Assembly: GCA_038245295.1 (NCBI GenBank)
Contig: JBBRSP010000007.1
Location: 180,788 to 244,787, forward strand
Length of the DNA: 64,000 nt
Origin: Candidatus Binatia bacterium
GTDB lineage: Bacteria > Desulfobacterota > Binatia > HRBIN30
Direction: 5' to 3'
Shown: piece by piece, positions 31,011 through 41,558 of the stretch
Numbering within the stretch: the first letter of the stretch is position 1
Layout: each line of letters opens with the position of its first letter
Made by a program: the position numbers and the translations under genes
The notes under the pieces: generated by a model
What the model was told of the DNA's origin: nothing
Databases searched by the model: none
What the model saw: only the letters and a program-made list of their open reading frames with translations

Positions 31011-32828
31011 TTGCCAGGACGCATCCAGGTCCTTCCCCCGGACGTTGCCGACAAGATCGCCGCCGGCGAAGTCGTCGAGCGGCCGGCCTCGGTGGTGAAG
31101 GAGCTTGTCGAGAACTCCATCGACGCCGGGGCGCGAACGATTCGAATCGAGCTCGAAGACGCCGGCATCGGTCTGATCGCCGTCATCGACGACGGCGAGG
31201 GAATGGGCCCCGAGGATGCCGTCATCGCCTTCCAACGTCACGCCACCAGCAAGGTACGCTGCGTCGACGACCTGTTCCATATTTCAACTCTCGGGTTTCG
31301 CGGCGAGGCGCTGGCCAGCATTGCCGCCGTGTCGACAATGAACCTGGTCACTCGTCGAGCCGGTGACCTTGCCGGAACACACGTGTTGGCGCGCGGCGGG
31401 CCGATCATCGAAACACGCTCCATCGGGGCCGTCGTCGGCACACGCATCGAGGTATCGGATCTCTTCGGGAACACGCCGGCTCGCCGAAAGTTCCTCAAGG
31501 CACCGTCGACCGAAGTCGGACACGTCAGCGAACTGGTGACACGCACCGCACTAGCCGCGCCGGCAGTCACCTTCTCCCTCAAGCATGGCAAGCGTACGTT
31601 GCTCGATTACCCCGGCGCCAACGATCCGAGCGAGCGGCTGGCTCAGGTCTTCGGCCGTGATCGGGCAATCGCCATGCTGCCCTTCCATGGCCGCAGCGTC
31701 GTCGGCGAGATTCGCGGCTGGCTCACCGGCTCGCACTTCAGCGTGCCCTCGGCGCGTCAGATCTATACCTACGTCAATGGCCGCTATGTGCGCGACAAGC
31801 TCGTCAGCCATGCGCTGGTCGCCGGCTATAGTACGCTGCTGATGCATGGGCGCTATCCGGCCGCGGTGGTGTTCATCGACATCGACCCGGCAGAGGTCGA
31901 CGTCAACGTTCATCCGGCCAAGTCGGAAGTGCGCTTTCGCCGCGGCGGCGCGGTGCATGAGCTGATCACGCGCGCCGTGATGGAGCGCCTGCGCAGTCAG
32001 CCGCCGCCGGCCCACGTGCCGCCGAATCCGGCCGCTGCCGCGGTGGCCTCGGTCGAAGCGACGTTGGCGCAGATGCGTATCCCGATGTGGCCGTCGGCGC
32101 CGTTTACGCGCTCCACCGATTTCCTGCGTTCGACCGAAAGTACCGGACCAACCCGGGCGGCGACACCGTTCCACATGCCGACGTCGCCCAGCCTAGAGCC
32201 CGGCTCAGGGCCAGCAGCAGCGCTCGCAGCCACTGCAACCGCCGGCTTCTTCAGCCACCTACGTGTTCTCGGCCAGGCATTCGAGGGCTACCTCGTGTGT
32301 GAGAGCGATGGCGCGTTATTGGTGATCGATCAGCACGCGGCGCACGAACGAGTGATGTTCGAGCGCCTGCGCACCGCCTATGCAGCCGGCGGCGTGCAAC
32401 GCCAACGCTTGTTGGTGCCGGTCGTCGTCGATGTCGGCGCTCACGCAGCACCGGTGGTCACCGAGCGTCTTGCGGAGCTCGAGCTAGTCGGTTTCGAACT
32501 GGAACCCTTTGGTGGCACGAGCCTTTCGGTTCGCGCCGTTCCGGCACTGCTCGGCGACATGGATGCGGGCCAGCTGGTACGCGACCTCGCCGACGAGCTC
32601 GCCGATGTCGGCGGCTCGACGCGCGTTGCCCAAGCCGCGGAGAGTGTCTTGTCGCGCCTGGCTTGCCACAGCGCCGTACGCGTCGGCCAAAGCCTGAGCG
32701 GCGACCAGATCCGCGCCCTGCTGCTGTCGATGGACAATGTCGACTTCGCTTCCAACTGCCCGCACGGGCGCCCGGCGTTCATCACCATGCCACGCAGCGA
32801 TCTGGAACGGCTGTTCAAACGGACGTGA
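31011..32828 (+). CDS. mutL: DNA mismatch repair protein MutL
   Basis: IAAGEVVERPASVVKELVEN, GFRGEAL, DVNVHP.K, DQHAAHER, CHSA, CPHGRP. Confidence 0.97.
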   Translation: MPGRIQVLPPDVADKIAAGEVVERPASVVKELVENSIDAGARTIRIELEDAGIGLIAVIDDGEGMGPEDAVIAFQRHATSKVRCVDDLFHISTLGFRGEALASIAAVSTMNLVTRRAGDLAGTHVLARGGPIIETRSIGAVVGTRIEVSDLFGNTPARRKFLKAPSTEVGHVSELVTRTALAAPAVTFSLKHGKRTLLDYPGANDPSERLAQVFGRDRAIAMLPFHGRSVVGEIRGWLTGSHFSVPSARQIYTYVNGRYVRDKLVSHALVAGYSTLLMHGRYPAAVVFIDIDPAEVDVNVHPAKSEVRFRRGGAVHELITRAVMERLRSQPPPAHVPPNPAAAAVASVEATLAQMRIPMWPSAPFTRSTDFLRSTESTGPTRAATPFHMPTSPSLEPGSGPAAALAATATAGFFSHLRVLGQAFEGYLVCESDGALLVIDQHAAHERVMFERLRTAYAAGGVQRQRLLVPVVVDVGAHAAPVVTERLAELELVGFELEPFGGTSLSVRAVPALLGDMDAGQLVRDLADELADVGGSTRVAQAAESVLSRLACHSAVRVGQSLSGDQIRALLLSMDNVDFASNCPHGRPAFITMPRSDLERLFKRT

Positions 32829-32845
32829 GCCTCGGTCGCATTTTG

Positions 32846-33934
32846 TCAGTCAATTGTAGCGTCGGTTCGAGGCCCCTCGACATTCGCCGCTAGGCGACGT
32901 TTTCGCAGCTCCGGATTCCCCAGCTGCCCACACGCGCCCATCAGGTCACGGCCCTGCGTGATGCGGCGCTTCACGAAGATGCCGCGTTCGCGCAGGCGCA
33001 AGAAGAAAGCGTAGATGGTCTCTTCGGACGGCGTTGCATACGGCGAGTTGCTCTGCGGGTTGTAGGGGATGAGATTCACGACACAGCGCAGCGGTTTGCA
33101 CCACTCCGCCACCTGATCGGCGTGCTCTAGCGCCGAATTAACACCATCGATCAGGACATACTCGATCAGGAAAACGTCGCGCTTGCGGAAGGGGTGCTCG
33201 ATGAGCGCGCGCTGCAGCTCGGCGAGCGGCATGCCCTTGTTGATCGGCACCAGTTGATCGCGCAGCTCGTCGTTCGGGGCGTTGAGTGACACCGCCAGCC
33301 TGAGATTCAGCCACTGGGTCTCGCCGGCCTGAATACGTGCCGCCAGGGCGCGCAGGCCATCGATGCGGCCGACGGTGGAGAGAGTGATCTGCGATAGCGG
33401 GAACGAGATGCCGCGCGGATCACTCAAAACCCGCAAGGCCTGCAACACGTTATCGAGGTTGTCGAACGGCTCACCCATACCCATCAAGACCATGTTGTGG
33501 ATGCCATCCCAGTCGTAGACGTAGGGAGCGCTCGAACCCTCGGGGGCAATGACTTGGCGGGCCGCCAGGCGTTGCAAGACAATCTCCTGCGGCTCGAGGT
33601 TGCGCAGCAGACCCATACGACCGGTTTCGCAGAACGTGCAGCCCATACGGCAGCCGACCTGCGACGACACACACAACGTGTTCCACGAGGCGCCACGGTG
33701 GCTGCGCATCGGGATGATGACTGATTCGGTTTCCAACGCCCCCGGCCCGACATTGAGGCAAAACTTCGTGACACCGCCATCCCCCAACGCCCGCACCGGA
33801 GTGGAGAGTGGCGGTGGCGTGTCGCGCATCAATGCCGCGTACTCGCGGCGCTGCCGCACCTGATCACCGGCCCGCCCGACGCAGAATTCGGCGAAGGTCA
33901 TGGCGAACTCGCGGCTGTCGGAGACTGGCTGCAT
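32846..33934 (-). CDS. RlmN/Cfr-family radical SAM RNA methyltransferase (RlmN-like)
   Basis: CVSSQVGCRMGCTFC, MGMGEP, NLIPYN, ACGQL. Confidence 0.88.
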   Translation of the reverse strand: MQPVSDSREFAMTFAEFCVGRAGDQVRQRREYAALMRDTPPPLSTPVRALGDGGVTKFCLNVGPGALETESVIIPMRSHRGASWNTLCVSSQVGCRMGCTFCETGRMGLLRNLEPQEIVLQRLAARQVIAPEGSSAPYVYDWDGIHNMVLMGMGEPFDNLDNVLQALRVLSDPRGISFPLSQITLSTVGRIDGLRALAARIQAGETQWLNLRLAVSLNAPNDELRDQLVPINKGMPLAELQRALIEHPFRKRDVFLIEYVLIDGVNSALEHADQVAEWCKPLRCVVNLIPYNPQSNSPYATPSEETIYAFFLRLRERGIFVKRRITQGRDLMGACGQLGNPELRKRRLAANVEGPRTDATID

Positions 33935-34032
33935 CGGCGCAGGTCCTTAGCACAATCGTGGCGCCCGGCACCGGCGGGAGACGAAAACGACAGCAACATC
34001 CACAACGACCAATGGCCCAAATGACCAAACGG

Positions 34033-35403
34033 CTAAATGCGAATGCTCCTCCACGCACCGCCCTGGAAACGCCACCATTGCACAGCGTTCAGCACCAACA
34101 GGTATCCCAGCTCGCCGAACCAGGCACCGGTGACACCACGCTGCAAGGTGATCGCCATGACGTAGACGAGCGGAATGCGTAGGAACCACGCGAGCAGCGT
34201 CTGCGCCACGAATGGGAAGCGCGTATCCCCGGCGCCGCGCAGGGAACCGCCGACGATGATACCGACGACGTCGATCACCTGGAACAACGCCCCGAGGGCA
34301 AGCAGGGGCCGGCCGAGCGCCAAGACTCGTTCGTCGGAGGTGAAGATCTGCAGCAACGTCTCCGGAATCGCCAGGAACAGCACGGCAACGGCGCACGACA
34401 AGCCGAGTCCGAGCTTCAGCGCCGAGCGATGGGTGCGCACCGCCGCATCGAGATCACGGGCGCCGATGTAGCGCCCAACCAGAGCTCCCGACGCAATCGA
34501 CAGACCGTAGGCTTGCATGAAAGCGATCGACAGCAGCTGGATCATCGCCTGGTTCGCCGCCATCGACACTTCGCCCATGCGCGCGATGATCGTCGAGAAG
34601 ATGGCAAACGATGTCATGTCGAGAACCCATTGGCCGCCCACCGGCACGCTGGTCCAGGCAAAACGCCGCATGTCACGAAACGACGGTCGACACGGCGCCG
34701 TGCCAAACTGCCGGCGCATGTGACGGCGCAGGACAAGCGTCGCGACGACGAAGCAGTAACTCCAGTTGGCCAACGCCGTGGCGATACCAGCGCCGAACAT
34801 ACCCAAAGCCGGGAAGCCGAAGCGTCCGAACACGAGGGTATAGGCAAGAACGAAGTTTACGACGTTGGCAAAGATGGTCACCAGCATCGGCGTGCGCGTG
34901 TCGCCCAGGCCACGCAAGAAAGCCGAGGCAACAACCGCGATAATCAATGCGGGCGTTCCACACAGACGACCGTGAGCATAGTCACTCGCCATGTGGCTCA
35001 TCTCCGGCGAAGCACCGAGCCGCAGCAACAGGGGTTCGAACGACAAGCCGACGAGCACAGCCCACACCGTAGCCACGGGCACGAGGGCATAACCGGCTTG
35101 CCACATCCAGCGACCAGCCTCTTTGGGTTTGCCGGCGCCGTGCGCTTGCGACACGAAGGTGGAAACCCCGGAGCCAATGCCGACGAAGGCGCACACCAGG
35201 GTCCACACCCATACACCGCCAAAGCCGATGGCACCGAGTTGCATGACGCCGAGGCGCCCGACGATGGCCGCGTCGACCATCTGCATCATCGAATCGGAAA
35301 GGAATTGCAGGACCGCAGGACCCGCCATACGTGCGACTTCGGCGATGTTGCCGCGCTCGCTCCGCGTATGCGGGATGGTCACTGCGTCCACTGAATACGA
35401 CAT
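34033..35403 (-). CDS. MATE-family efflux transporter
   Basis: VDAAIVGRLG, LRGLGDTRTPM, LRGAGDT; about 12 TM segments. Confidence 0.93.
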   Translation of the reverse strand: MSYSVDAVTIPHTRSERGNIAEVARMAGPAVLQFLSDSMMQMVDAAIVGRLGVMQLGAIGFGGVWVWTLVCAFVGIGSGVSTFVSQAHGAGKPKEAGRWMWQAGYALVPVATVWAVLVGLSFEPLLLRLGASPEMSHMASDYAHGRLCGTPALIIAVVASAFLRGLGDTRTPMLVTIFANVVNFVLAYTLVFGRFGFPALGMFGAGIATALANWSYCFVVATLVLRRHMRRQFGTAPCRPSFRDMRRFAWTSVPVGGQWVLDMTSFAIFSTIIARMGEVSMAANQAMIQLLSIAFMQAYGLSIASGALVGRYIGARDLDAAVRTHRSALKLGLGLSCAVAVLFLAIPETLLQIFTSDERVLALGRPLLALGALFQVIDVVGIIVGGSLRGAGDTRFPFVAQTLLAWFLRIPLVYVMAITLQRGVTGAWFGELGYLLVLNAVQWWRFQGGAWRSIRI

Positions 35404-35417
35404 ATCCTGTACTCCCG

Positions 35418-35459
35418 AAAAGCCGAAGGCCGCCGACGCATCACGCGCCCGCGGCCTTC
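35418..35459 (-). terminator. Terminator-like hairpin in the 5' leader of the MATE gene
   Basis: GAAGGCCGC...GCGGCCTTC 9-bp stem followed by GGCTTTT on the minus strand, about 15 nt before the ATG. Confidence 0.55.
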
Positions 35460-35462
35460 CGC

Positions 35463-35579
35463 TCAGGGTCTCTGCCAGCTTGTCGACGTCAGTCGAGGCG
35501 AGCGCGTGCGAAATGAAATACGAGTCCGACGTTGCCGCCCGATTCGCCTTCTCGATTGATCTGATTCATCCGCACTCAT
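35463..35579 (-). CDS. Putative leader peptide (38 aa, Arg-rich); alternative 26-aa ORF at 35489-35569
   Basis: GAGGTG RBS, then MSADESDQSRRRIGRQRRTRISFRTRSPRLTSTSWQRP ending 3 nt before the hairpin. Confidence 0.4.
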   Translation of the reverse strand: MSADESDQSRRRIGRQRRTRISFRTRSPRLTSTSWQRP

Positions 35580-35732
35580 GCACCTCGTTTTCGGTAGGAC
35601 CCGCGCTAGCTACCACACTCCGCGGCGCCGCCTCAACAAACGGAGATTCCTCGATCGTCGAGTGGCTCGACGTCTGGATGGGGCTAAACCCAGGCTAAAC
35701 CCTAACACACTGTTCCGCTGTCTCGTTGATCC

Positions 35733-36599
35733 TCATCCATTCCGCGCCGTCACCACCCACGTCGCCGCCGGCATCTTCACGCCCCCCTCGGCCTGATACG
35801 GTACCAACGCTTCGCGAACTGATTTCTCGACGGCGGAACGCAGACTCGGATCGGCCTCGCGTAGGGCGCGTCCAGCGGGTCCGATCTGCAGCATGAAAGC
35901 AACAGCCTGGTCCAGCGTCGCCTTGTCGCCGCCGATCGCGATGTTCGCCAGGTGCGGCTCGCAGACGATATCACCGAAGCCGGCATCGCCGAGAATCGTA
36001 CGCACACGCTCCGTATCGGCAAAGGCGAAGGGGCCTGGGGCTCCAGGCTCAGGCAGAGGTGGGGGCGGTAGATGCTGCAGCACCGCCATCATCGGCACGA
36101 ACATCCAGGGGTTCTCCGGCAATGCCTGCCAGCAGACAAAGGCGAGGCGACCCTGGGGTTTCATGGCGCGACGCAGGTTGGTGAACGCCGCCGTCGAGTC
36201 GGCGAAGAACATCACCCCGAAACGCGAGAACAGAACATCAAACGTGCGGGCACCGAAATCGTGGGTCTGCGCGTCGGCGTTGGCGAACGACACATTAGTC
36301 GCGCCAGCCGCCGTCGCGTTGCGGCGTGCCTGCGCCAACATGACGGTTGAGATGTCGATACCCGTAACCGCACCGGGCGCAACCCGTCGCGCCAGCTCGA
36401 GGCTGGTGTCCCCGCAACCGCAGCCGACATCGAGCACGTTGTCACCGCTGCGTAGACCGGCACGCTCCATCGCCGCGAGCCCGAGCGGCCGGATCATGGC
36501 GTCGGTCAGTTGCTGCCCGGCCACCCAGGCCGGCCCCGATTGTGCGTTCCAATACTCGATCTGTTCGGCGTTCGGTCCTTCAGCGGCAAGTGCGGTCAT
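35733..36599 (-). CDS. Class I SAM-dependent methyltransferase
   Basis: VLDVGCGCG, SRFGVMFF, PGPFAFAD; AGGAG RBS. Confidence 0.92.
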   Translation of the reverse strand: MTALAAEGPNAEQIEYWNAQSGPAWVAGQQLTDAMIRPLGLAAMERAGLRSGDNVLDVGCGCGDTSLELARRVAPGAVTGIDISTVMLAQARRNATAAGATNVSFANADAQTHDFGARTFDVLFSRFGVMFFADSTAAFTNLRRAMKPQGRLAFVCWQALPENPWMFVPMMAVLQHLPPPPLPEPGAPGPFAFADTERVRTILGDAGFGDIVCEPHLANIAIGGDKATLDQAVAFMLQIGPAGRALREADPSLRSAVEKSVREALVPYQAEGGVKMPAATWVVTARNG

Positions 36600-36615
36600 A
36601 GATCCTCCTAGGGTT

Positions 36616-37509
36616 TCAATGCAGCCTGAACTCTTCCGAACATTCGTCGCCCGGGTCAACTTGCACCGTCGTATGGGAAATGCCGAAACGATCACGCAGG
36701 CGCGACTGCGCCGAATCGAGCACGCCGCCAGCTTCTTCCGAAGAGTCGACCACGAGATGTACGCTGAGCTGATGTTTGCCCGACGTCATGGTCCAGATGT
36801 GCAGATCATGCACCTGCCGCACACCGCCAATATCGAGAAGGCAACGCTCCACGTCGGGTAAGTTGATATCGCGCGGCACGCCTTGCATGAGGATGTCGAC
36901 CGATTCGCGGATGACGCCCCAGGAGCTGTAGAGGATCAGCGCGCCGATGACGACGCTGACCAGCGGATCGGCGATGTACGAGCCCGTCGTCAGCATGACG
37001 ACACCGGCAATCAGGGCGCCGACCGAGCCAAGGGTGTCGCCGAGCACATGTACAAACGCCGCTCGGACGTTGAGACTCTCCGACTTCGAACGACCGAGCA
37101 CAGTCAGGCTAATCAGGTTGACGCCGAGTCCGGCGGCGGCGATTCCCAACATGCCGGAGGCATTCACAACCTGAGGGGTGAAGAGTCGCTGATACGCCTC
37201 GCTCCAAATCAGTCCCACAACGAGCCATAAGAGCAGGCCATTGACGAAGGCGGCCAAAATCTCGCCGCGATGGTAGCCAAACGTTTTGAACTCCGAGGGT
37301 GGCCGTTGCGCCAAACGCGCCGCGAACAGGCCGACGCCCAATGCTCCGACATCGGCGAGCATATGTCCGGCATCCGACAGCAGAGCCAGGCTGTTGGTCA
37401 GCCACCCGCCGATGAACTCAACGACGCAGAACATCGCCGTTGCGGCGAACGGAATGGCCAGGTGGTTGGTCGACGCGGCGCGAGGAGGATGATGATGATC
37501 GTGTGCCAC
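36616..37509 (-). CDS. Cation diffusion facilitator (CzcD/ZitB-like)
   Basis: SLALLSDAGHMLAD, TFGYHR.E, HVLGD, VHDLHIW, HTTVQ; His-rich N-terminus. Confidence 0.93.
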   Translation of the reverse strand: MAHDHHHPPRAASTNHLAIPFAATAMFCVVEFIGGWLTNSLALLSDAGHMLADVGALGVGLFAARLAQRPPSEFKTFGYHRGEILAAFVNGLLLWLVVGLIWSEAYQRLFTPQVVNASGMLGIAAAGLGVNLISLTVLGRSKSESLNVRAAFVHVLGDTLGSVGALIAGVVMLTTGSYIADPLVSVVIGALILYSSWGVIRESVDILMQGVPRDINLPDVERCLLDIGGVRQVHDLHIWTMTSGKHQLSVHLVVDSSEEAGGVLDSAQSRLRDRFGISHTTVQVDPGDECSEEFRLH

Positions 37510-37520
37510 GCAAATGCCCG

Positions 37521-37859
37521 CTAGTGCTTGCCTTCTTTTAGTTGCGCCTTCCAGTCGAGGATGCGCGCCTTGGCGGCCCAGCCCTCGGCGTCCGGAACGT
37601 TGCCCGAACGCTGATAGATGCGTGAAATGTTGGTGTAGGCCAGCTGTTCGTCCGGGGTGATCTCGACAACTTTCTTGGCGGCGGCGATGGCGTCGTCCCA
37701 GTTTTCCTGATCGGCCAACGCCATCGATAAACCTTCCCAAGCATCGGCGAACTGCGGATCGAGCTCCAGGGCGGCGCGATACTTGGCGATCGCCGCGTCG
37801 AGGTCACCGTCAGCGACATAGTCAACGGCTTCGTTAAAGAGATCTTCGCTGCTCGGCAT
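37521..37859 (-). CDS. Tetratricopeptide repeat protein
   Basis: AIAKYRAALELDPQFADAW and similar repeats. Confidence 0.85.
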   Translation of the reverse strand: MPSSEDLFNEAVDYVADGDLDAAIAKYRAALELDPQFADAWEGLSMALADQENWDDAIAAAKKVVEITPDEQLAYTNISRIYQRSGNVPDAEGWAAKARILDWKAQLKEGKH

Positions 37860-37973
37860 CTCGCTTACTCCTATCTAAGCCACCCCTGTCGCTCAACGGC
37901 GTTGTTGCCGCAAGCTCAGGCTGCTAGCTGCGTCGGTTGCACCATGGCTTGTCCGGGTGCCACAGCGATCCCT

Positions 37974-40900
37974 ATGGCTCTGCCGCAACACGATCAACTA
38001 CACGCCTTGACGGCGCTCAATGGAGCGCTGGCGCGATCCGCGCGGGCGGACGTCGGCAAGCCGTGGCGCATCCAGGGTCTGCAGGGTGGAGGGCGCGCCT
38101 ACTTCTTGTGGCGCACGCTCACGGCGGCGCCGCGACCGACGCTGATTGTCTGTCCGACCTCCAAAGAGGCCGAAACCCTGGTCGAGGATCTGCGCTCGTT
38201 CTTCGAAGAAAACGACAGCGCGTCGCTCTTGCACCGTCGCATTCACTACTTCCCGGCATGGGACGTGGCCCCGTTCGAGGATCTATCGCCAACCCCCGAT
38301 ATTGCCGCCGCGCGCGTCGAGGGTCTCTACCACCTGCAGCAAACCCAGAACCCGATCGTCGTCACCACCGCCGAGGCACTGCTGCAACGGGTACCGCCGC
38401 AGAGCCAGTTCGCCGCGCATGTCCAATATCTGGTGATCACCGACGAGGTCGACCTCGGCAGCCTTGCCAAACGTCTCGACGACTGGGGCTATCGCCGCGT
38501 CGGCCTGGTCGAGGATCGCGGTGACTTCAGCATCCGCGGCGGCATCCTCGATGTCTTCCCGCCGGGTCAGCCAAATCCGTTGCGCATCGAGCTCGATGGC
38601 GACCTGATCGAGAAGATCCACGAGTTCGATCCGGTCACGCAGCGCTCCGGCGCCGAGCTGCAGGAATTCTTGATTCTTCCGGTGCGCGAGTTCGATGCCA
38701 GCGGGCGACGTGATCGCGCTACGATTGATGCGATCGAAGACCGTGCCCTCGAGCTTGAAGTCGGCCGCGAGGAACGCAATCAGCTCCTCGACGATCTCGA
38801 GACCGGTTTGTTGTTCCCGGGCATCGAGTTCCTGCTGCCGTATTTCTATCCGGCCCTCGACACCTTGGCGGCGTACCTGCCGGCCAACACCGTGATCTGG
38901 CTCGATGGCGCCGGTGACGTCGACGCGGCGCTGGAAGCCACGGCCAAGAACATCGAATGCCATGTCGCCGAGCGTCACGCCGGCCACCGTTTCCTGGCAC
39001 CGCCCGAGAAGCTCTATCTTTCGCCGACCGACTGGCGTCACGCCTTCGCTCCGTTTCCGAGCGTCGAGCTGGAGCCCTTGCAGCTGCTGGCGGCGGACAA
39101 CGACGACCATCACCTGCATGTCAGCTCCTTTCTGACGCGCGACCTGAAGATCAGCCGCACACCCGGCAAACGCGAGGTGTCATTCGGTCCAGTCGCCGAG
39201 CGTGTGAACCAGTGGGCCCACCAGATGCAGCGTGTGCTGGTCGTCGTCAGCACGGCGGCGCAGATTCAACGCGTGACGCGTCTCTTCGCCAACCACGACG
39301 TGCATGCCGAAGTGGGCACCTCGATCGTCGAAGCTCTGGGCGCCGACGCCGGACGCTTGCGCATCGTCCAAGGCCACCTGAGCGACGGCTTCCGGATTCC
39401 CGACGAGCGGCTGGTGATCGTCACCGAAGCCGACATCTTCGGCGAAGCCCGCCAACGTCGTAGGGCGCGGCCCGTCGAGGTTACGCAGCTCCTCAAGAAT
39501 CTCAGTGAGATCAAGCCCAACGACTACGTCGTGCACATCGACCACGGCGTCGGCCGTTACTGTGGCCTGAAGCATCTCAAGGTCGCCGATACGGAAGGCG
39601 ACTATCTCCACCTGGAATACCAGGGTGGCGACAAGCTCTACCTGCCTGTCGATCGTATCAACCTGGTTCAGAAGTACACCGGCTCCGACGCCGCCGCTCC
39701 ACCCCTCGACAAGCTCGGCGGCACCAGTTGGGAGCGGATCAAGAAGAAGACCAAGGAGTCGATCCTGGCGATGGCCAAGGAGCTCCTCGAGGTCTACGCG
39801 ACCCGCGAAGTGGTGGCGCGCAAGACGTTCACGACTCCGGACACCTACTTCCGCGAGTTCGAGGCGGCCTTCCCGTTCGAAGAAACCGAAGGCCAGCAGC
39901 GCGCCATCGACGAGGTGCTCGGCGACATGGTGAAGGCGAAGCCAATGGATCGCCTCATCTGCGGCGACGTCGGCTTCGGTAAGACGGAGGTGGCGTTGCG
40001 CGCCGCCTTCCTCGCCGTCATCGACGGCCGCCAGGTGGCTGTGCTGGTGCCGACCACGGTGCTGGCTCAGCAGCATTACAACACGTTCAAGCAGCGCATG
40101 CAGAACTACCCGGTGCGCGTCGAGATGGTGTCGCGCTTTCGCTCGACCGCCGAGAACAAGGCGACGGTCAAAGGCCTTGGTGACGGCACGGTCGACATCG
40201 TCATCGGTACGCATCGTCTGCTGCAGAAGGATGTCGCGTTCAAAAATCTCGGTTTGCTCGTCATCGACGAGGAGCACCGCTTCGGCGTCAAACACAAAGA
40301 GCAGATCAAACAGATCCGGAAACTCATCGATTGCTTGACACTCACGGCGACGCCGATCCCGCGCACGCTGCAGATGTCGCTGCTCGGAATCCGCGATCTG
40401 AGCGTGATCGAAACGCCGCCCATCGATCGGCTGGCGATCCGCACCTACGTCACACGCTTCGACGAGGGAGTCATTCGCGAGGCGATCGTGCGCGAGAAGG
40501 CGCGTAGCGGCCAGGTGTTCTTCGTGCACAACCGCGTCGAGACGATCGAGGCACGCGCCCGTCAGCTGCGCGCCTTGGTTCCCGAGTGCACGTTCACCGT
40601 CGGCCATGGCCAGATGGACGAGAACGATCTCGAAGGCGTGATGTCGGACTTCATGAACAAGCGTTTCGACGTGCTGGTGTGTTCGGCCATCATTGAATCG
40701 GGTCTCGACATCCCCAACGCCAACACCATCCTCATCGATCGCGCCGACCATTTCGGCCTGGCGCAGCTGTATCAGTTGCGTGGCCGTGTCGGCCGATCGC
40801 ACGAGCGCGCCTACGCGTACCTGATGATTCCGGGCGAGCAGATCATCACGCGCGATGCGCAACTGCGCTTGAAAGCGTTGCAGGAGCTCGACGACCTCGG

Positions 40901-41507
40901 CGGCGGCTTTCGCCTGGCGGCGCACGATCTCGAGATCCGCGGCGCCGGCAACCTGTTGGGCAAGCAGCAGTCTGGCCAGATCACCGCCGTCGGCTTCGAG
41001 CTCTACCAACAGATGATGGAAGAGGCGGTGCGCGAGCTGCAGGGGCAGCAGGTCACCCACGACATCGAGCCGGAGATTCAGCTCGGCGTCCCCGCCTATC
41101 TGCCGGAGGCGTACATCCCGGATGAGGATCAGCGTCTGGTCTTCTACCGCCGCCTCGCCAGCGTGCGCGGCCAGCTCGACCTCGACGCCATCAGCGAGGA
41201 GTTGCGCGAACGGTACGGGCCGATCCCGCCGCTGGTCGACAACTTCATGCGTGTCATGGATCTGCGCCGCAGCCTGAAGGACCGCATGGTGGTGCGCGCC
41301 GCGCTGCGGCAGGGCCTGGTGACGCTGCAGTTTCATCCCGAGGCGCCGGTTGATGTCGACACGCTGGTGGGGCTGGTCAAGAAGGGCAAAGGCCGCTTCA
41401 AGCTGTCGCAAGATTTCCAGTTGAGCTTCCGACCGGAATCGACCGACTGGGATGGCCTGGTGGCAGAGACCAAGTCGGTGTTGCAAGCGGTTGGAAGCGC
41501 GTGTTAG
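37974..41507 (+). CDS. mfd: Transcription-repair coupling factor
   Basis: [67 protein letters not shown]. Confidence 0.98.
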   Translation: MALPQHDQLHALTALNGALARSARADVGKPWRIQGLQGGGRAYFLWRTLTAAPRPTLIVCPTSKEAETLVEDLRSFFEENDSASLLHRRIHYFPAWDVAPFEDLSPTPDIAAARVEGLYHLQQTQNPIVVTTAEALLQRVPPQSQFAAHVQYLVITDEVDLGSLAKRLDDWGYRRVGLVEDRGDFSIRGGILDVFPPGQPNPLRIELDGDLIEKIHEFDPVTQRSGAELQEFLILPVREFDASGRRDRATIDAIEDRALELEVGREERNQLLDDLETGLLFPGIEFLLPYFYPALDTLAAYLPANTVIWLDGAGDVDAALEATAKNIECHVAERHAGHRFLAPPEKLYLSPTDWRHAFAPFPSVELEPLQLLAADNDDHHLHVSSFLTRDLKISRTPGKREVSFGPVAERVNQWAHQMQRVLVVVSTAAQIQRVTRLFANHDVHAEVGTSIVEALGADAGRLRIVQGHLSDGFRIPDERLVIVTEADIFGEARQRRRARPVEVTQLLKNLSEIKPNDYVVHIDHGVGRYCGLKHLKVADTEGDYLHLEYQGGDKLYLPVDRINLVQKYTGSDAAAPPLDKLGGTSWERIKKKTKESILAMAKELLEVYATREVVARKTFTTPDTYFREFEAAFPFEETEGQQRAIDEVLGDMVKAKPMDRLICGDVGFGKTEVALRAAFLAVIDGRQVAVLVPTTVLAQQHYNTFKQRMQNYPVRVEMVSRFRSTAENKATVKGLGDGTVDIVIGTHRLLQKDVAFKNLGLLVIDEEHRFGVKHKEQIKQIRKLIDCLTLTATPIPRTLQMSLLGIRDLSVIETPPIDRLAIRTYVTRFDEGVIREAIVREKARSGQVFFVHNRVETIEARARQLRALVPECTFTVGHGQMDENDLEGVMSDFMNKRFDVLVCSAIIESGLDIPNANTILIDRADHFGLAQLYQLRGRVGRSHERAYAYLMIPGEQIITRDAQLRLKALQELDDLGGGFRLAAHDLEIRGAGNLLGKQQSGQITAVGFELYQQMMEEAVRELQGQQVTHDIEPEIQLGVPAYLPEAYIPDEDQRLVFYRRLASVRGQLDLDAISEELRERYGPIPPLVDNFMRVMDLRRSLKDRMVVRAALRQGLVTLQFHPEAPVDVDTLVGLVKKGKGRFKLSQDFQLSFRPESTDWDGLVAETKSVLQAVGSAC

Positions 41508-41558
41508 CCGAACGTTTGTCACGATGGTGCAATGACGTGAGAGAGGCGGTCCGATCCG

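Noticed and set aside
32846..33934. Cfr resistance methyltransferase
   Set aside because: SSQVGC and MGMGEP are RlmN-type motifs, so Cfr activity cannot be claimed from the sequence.
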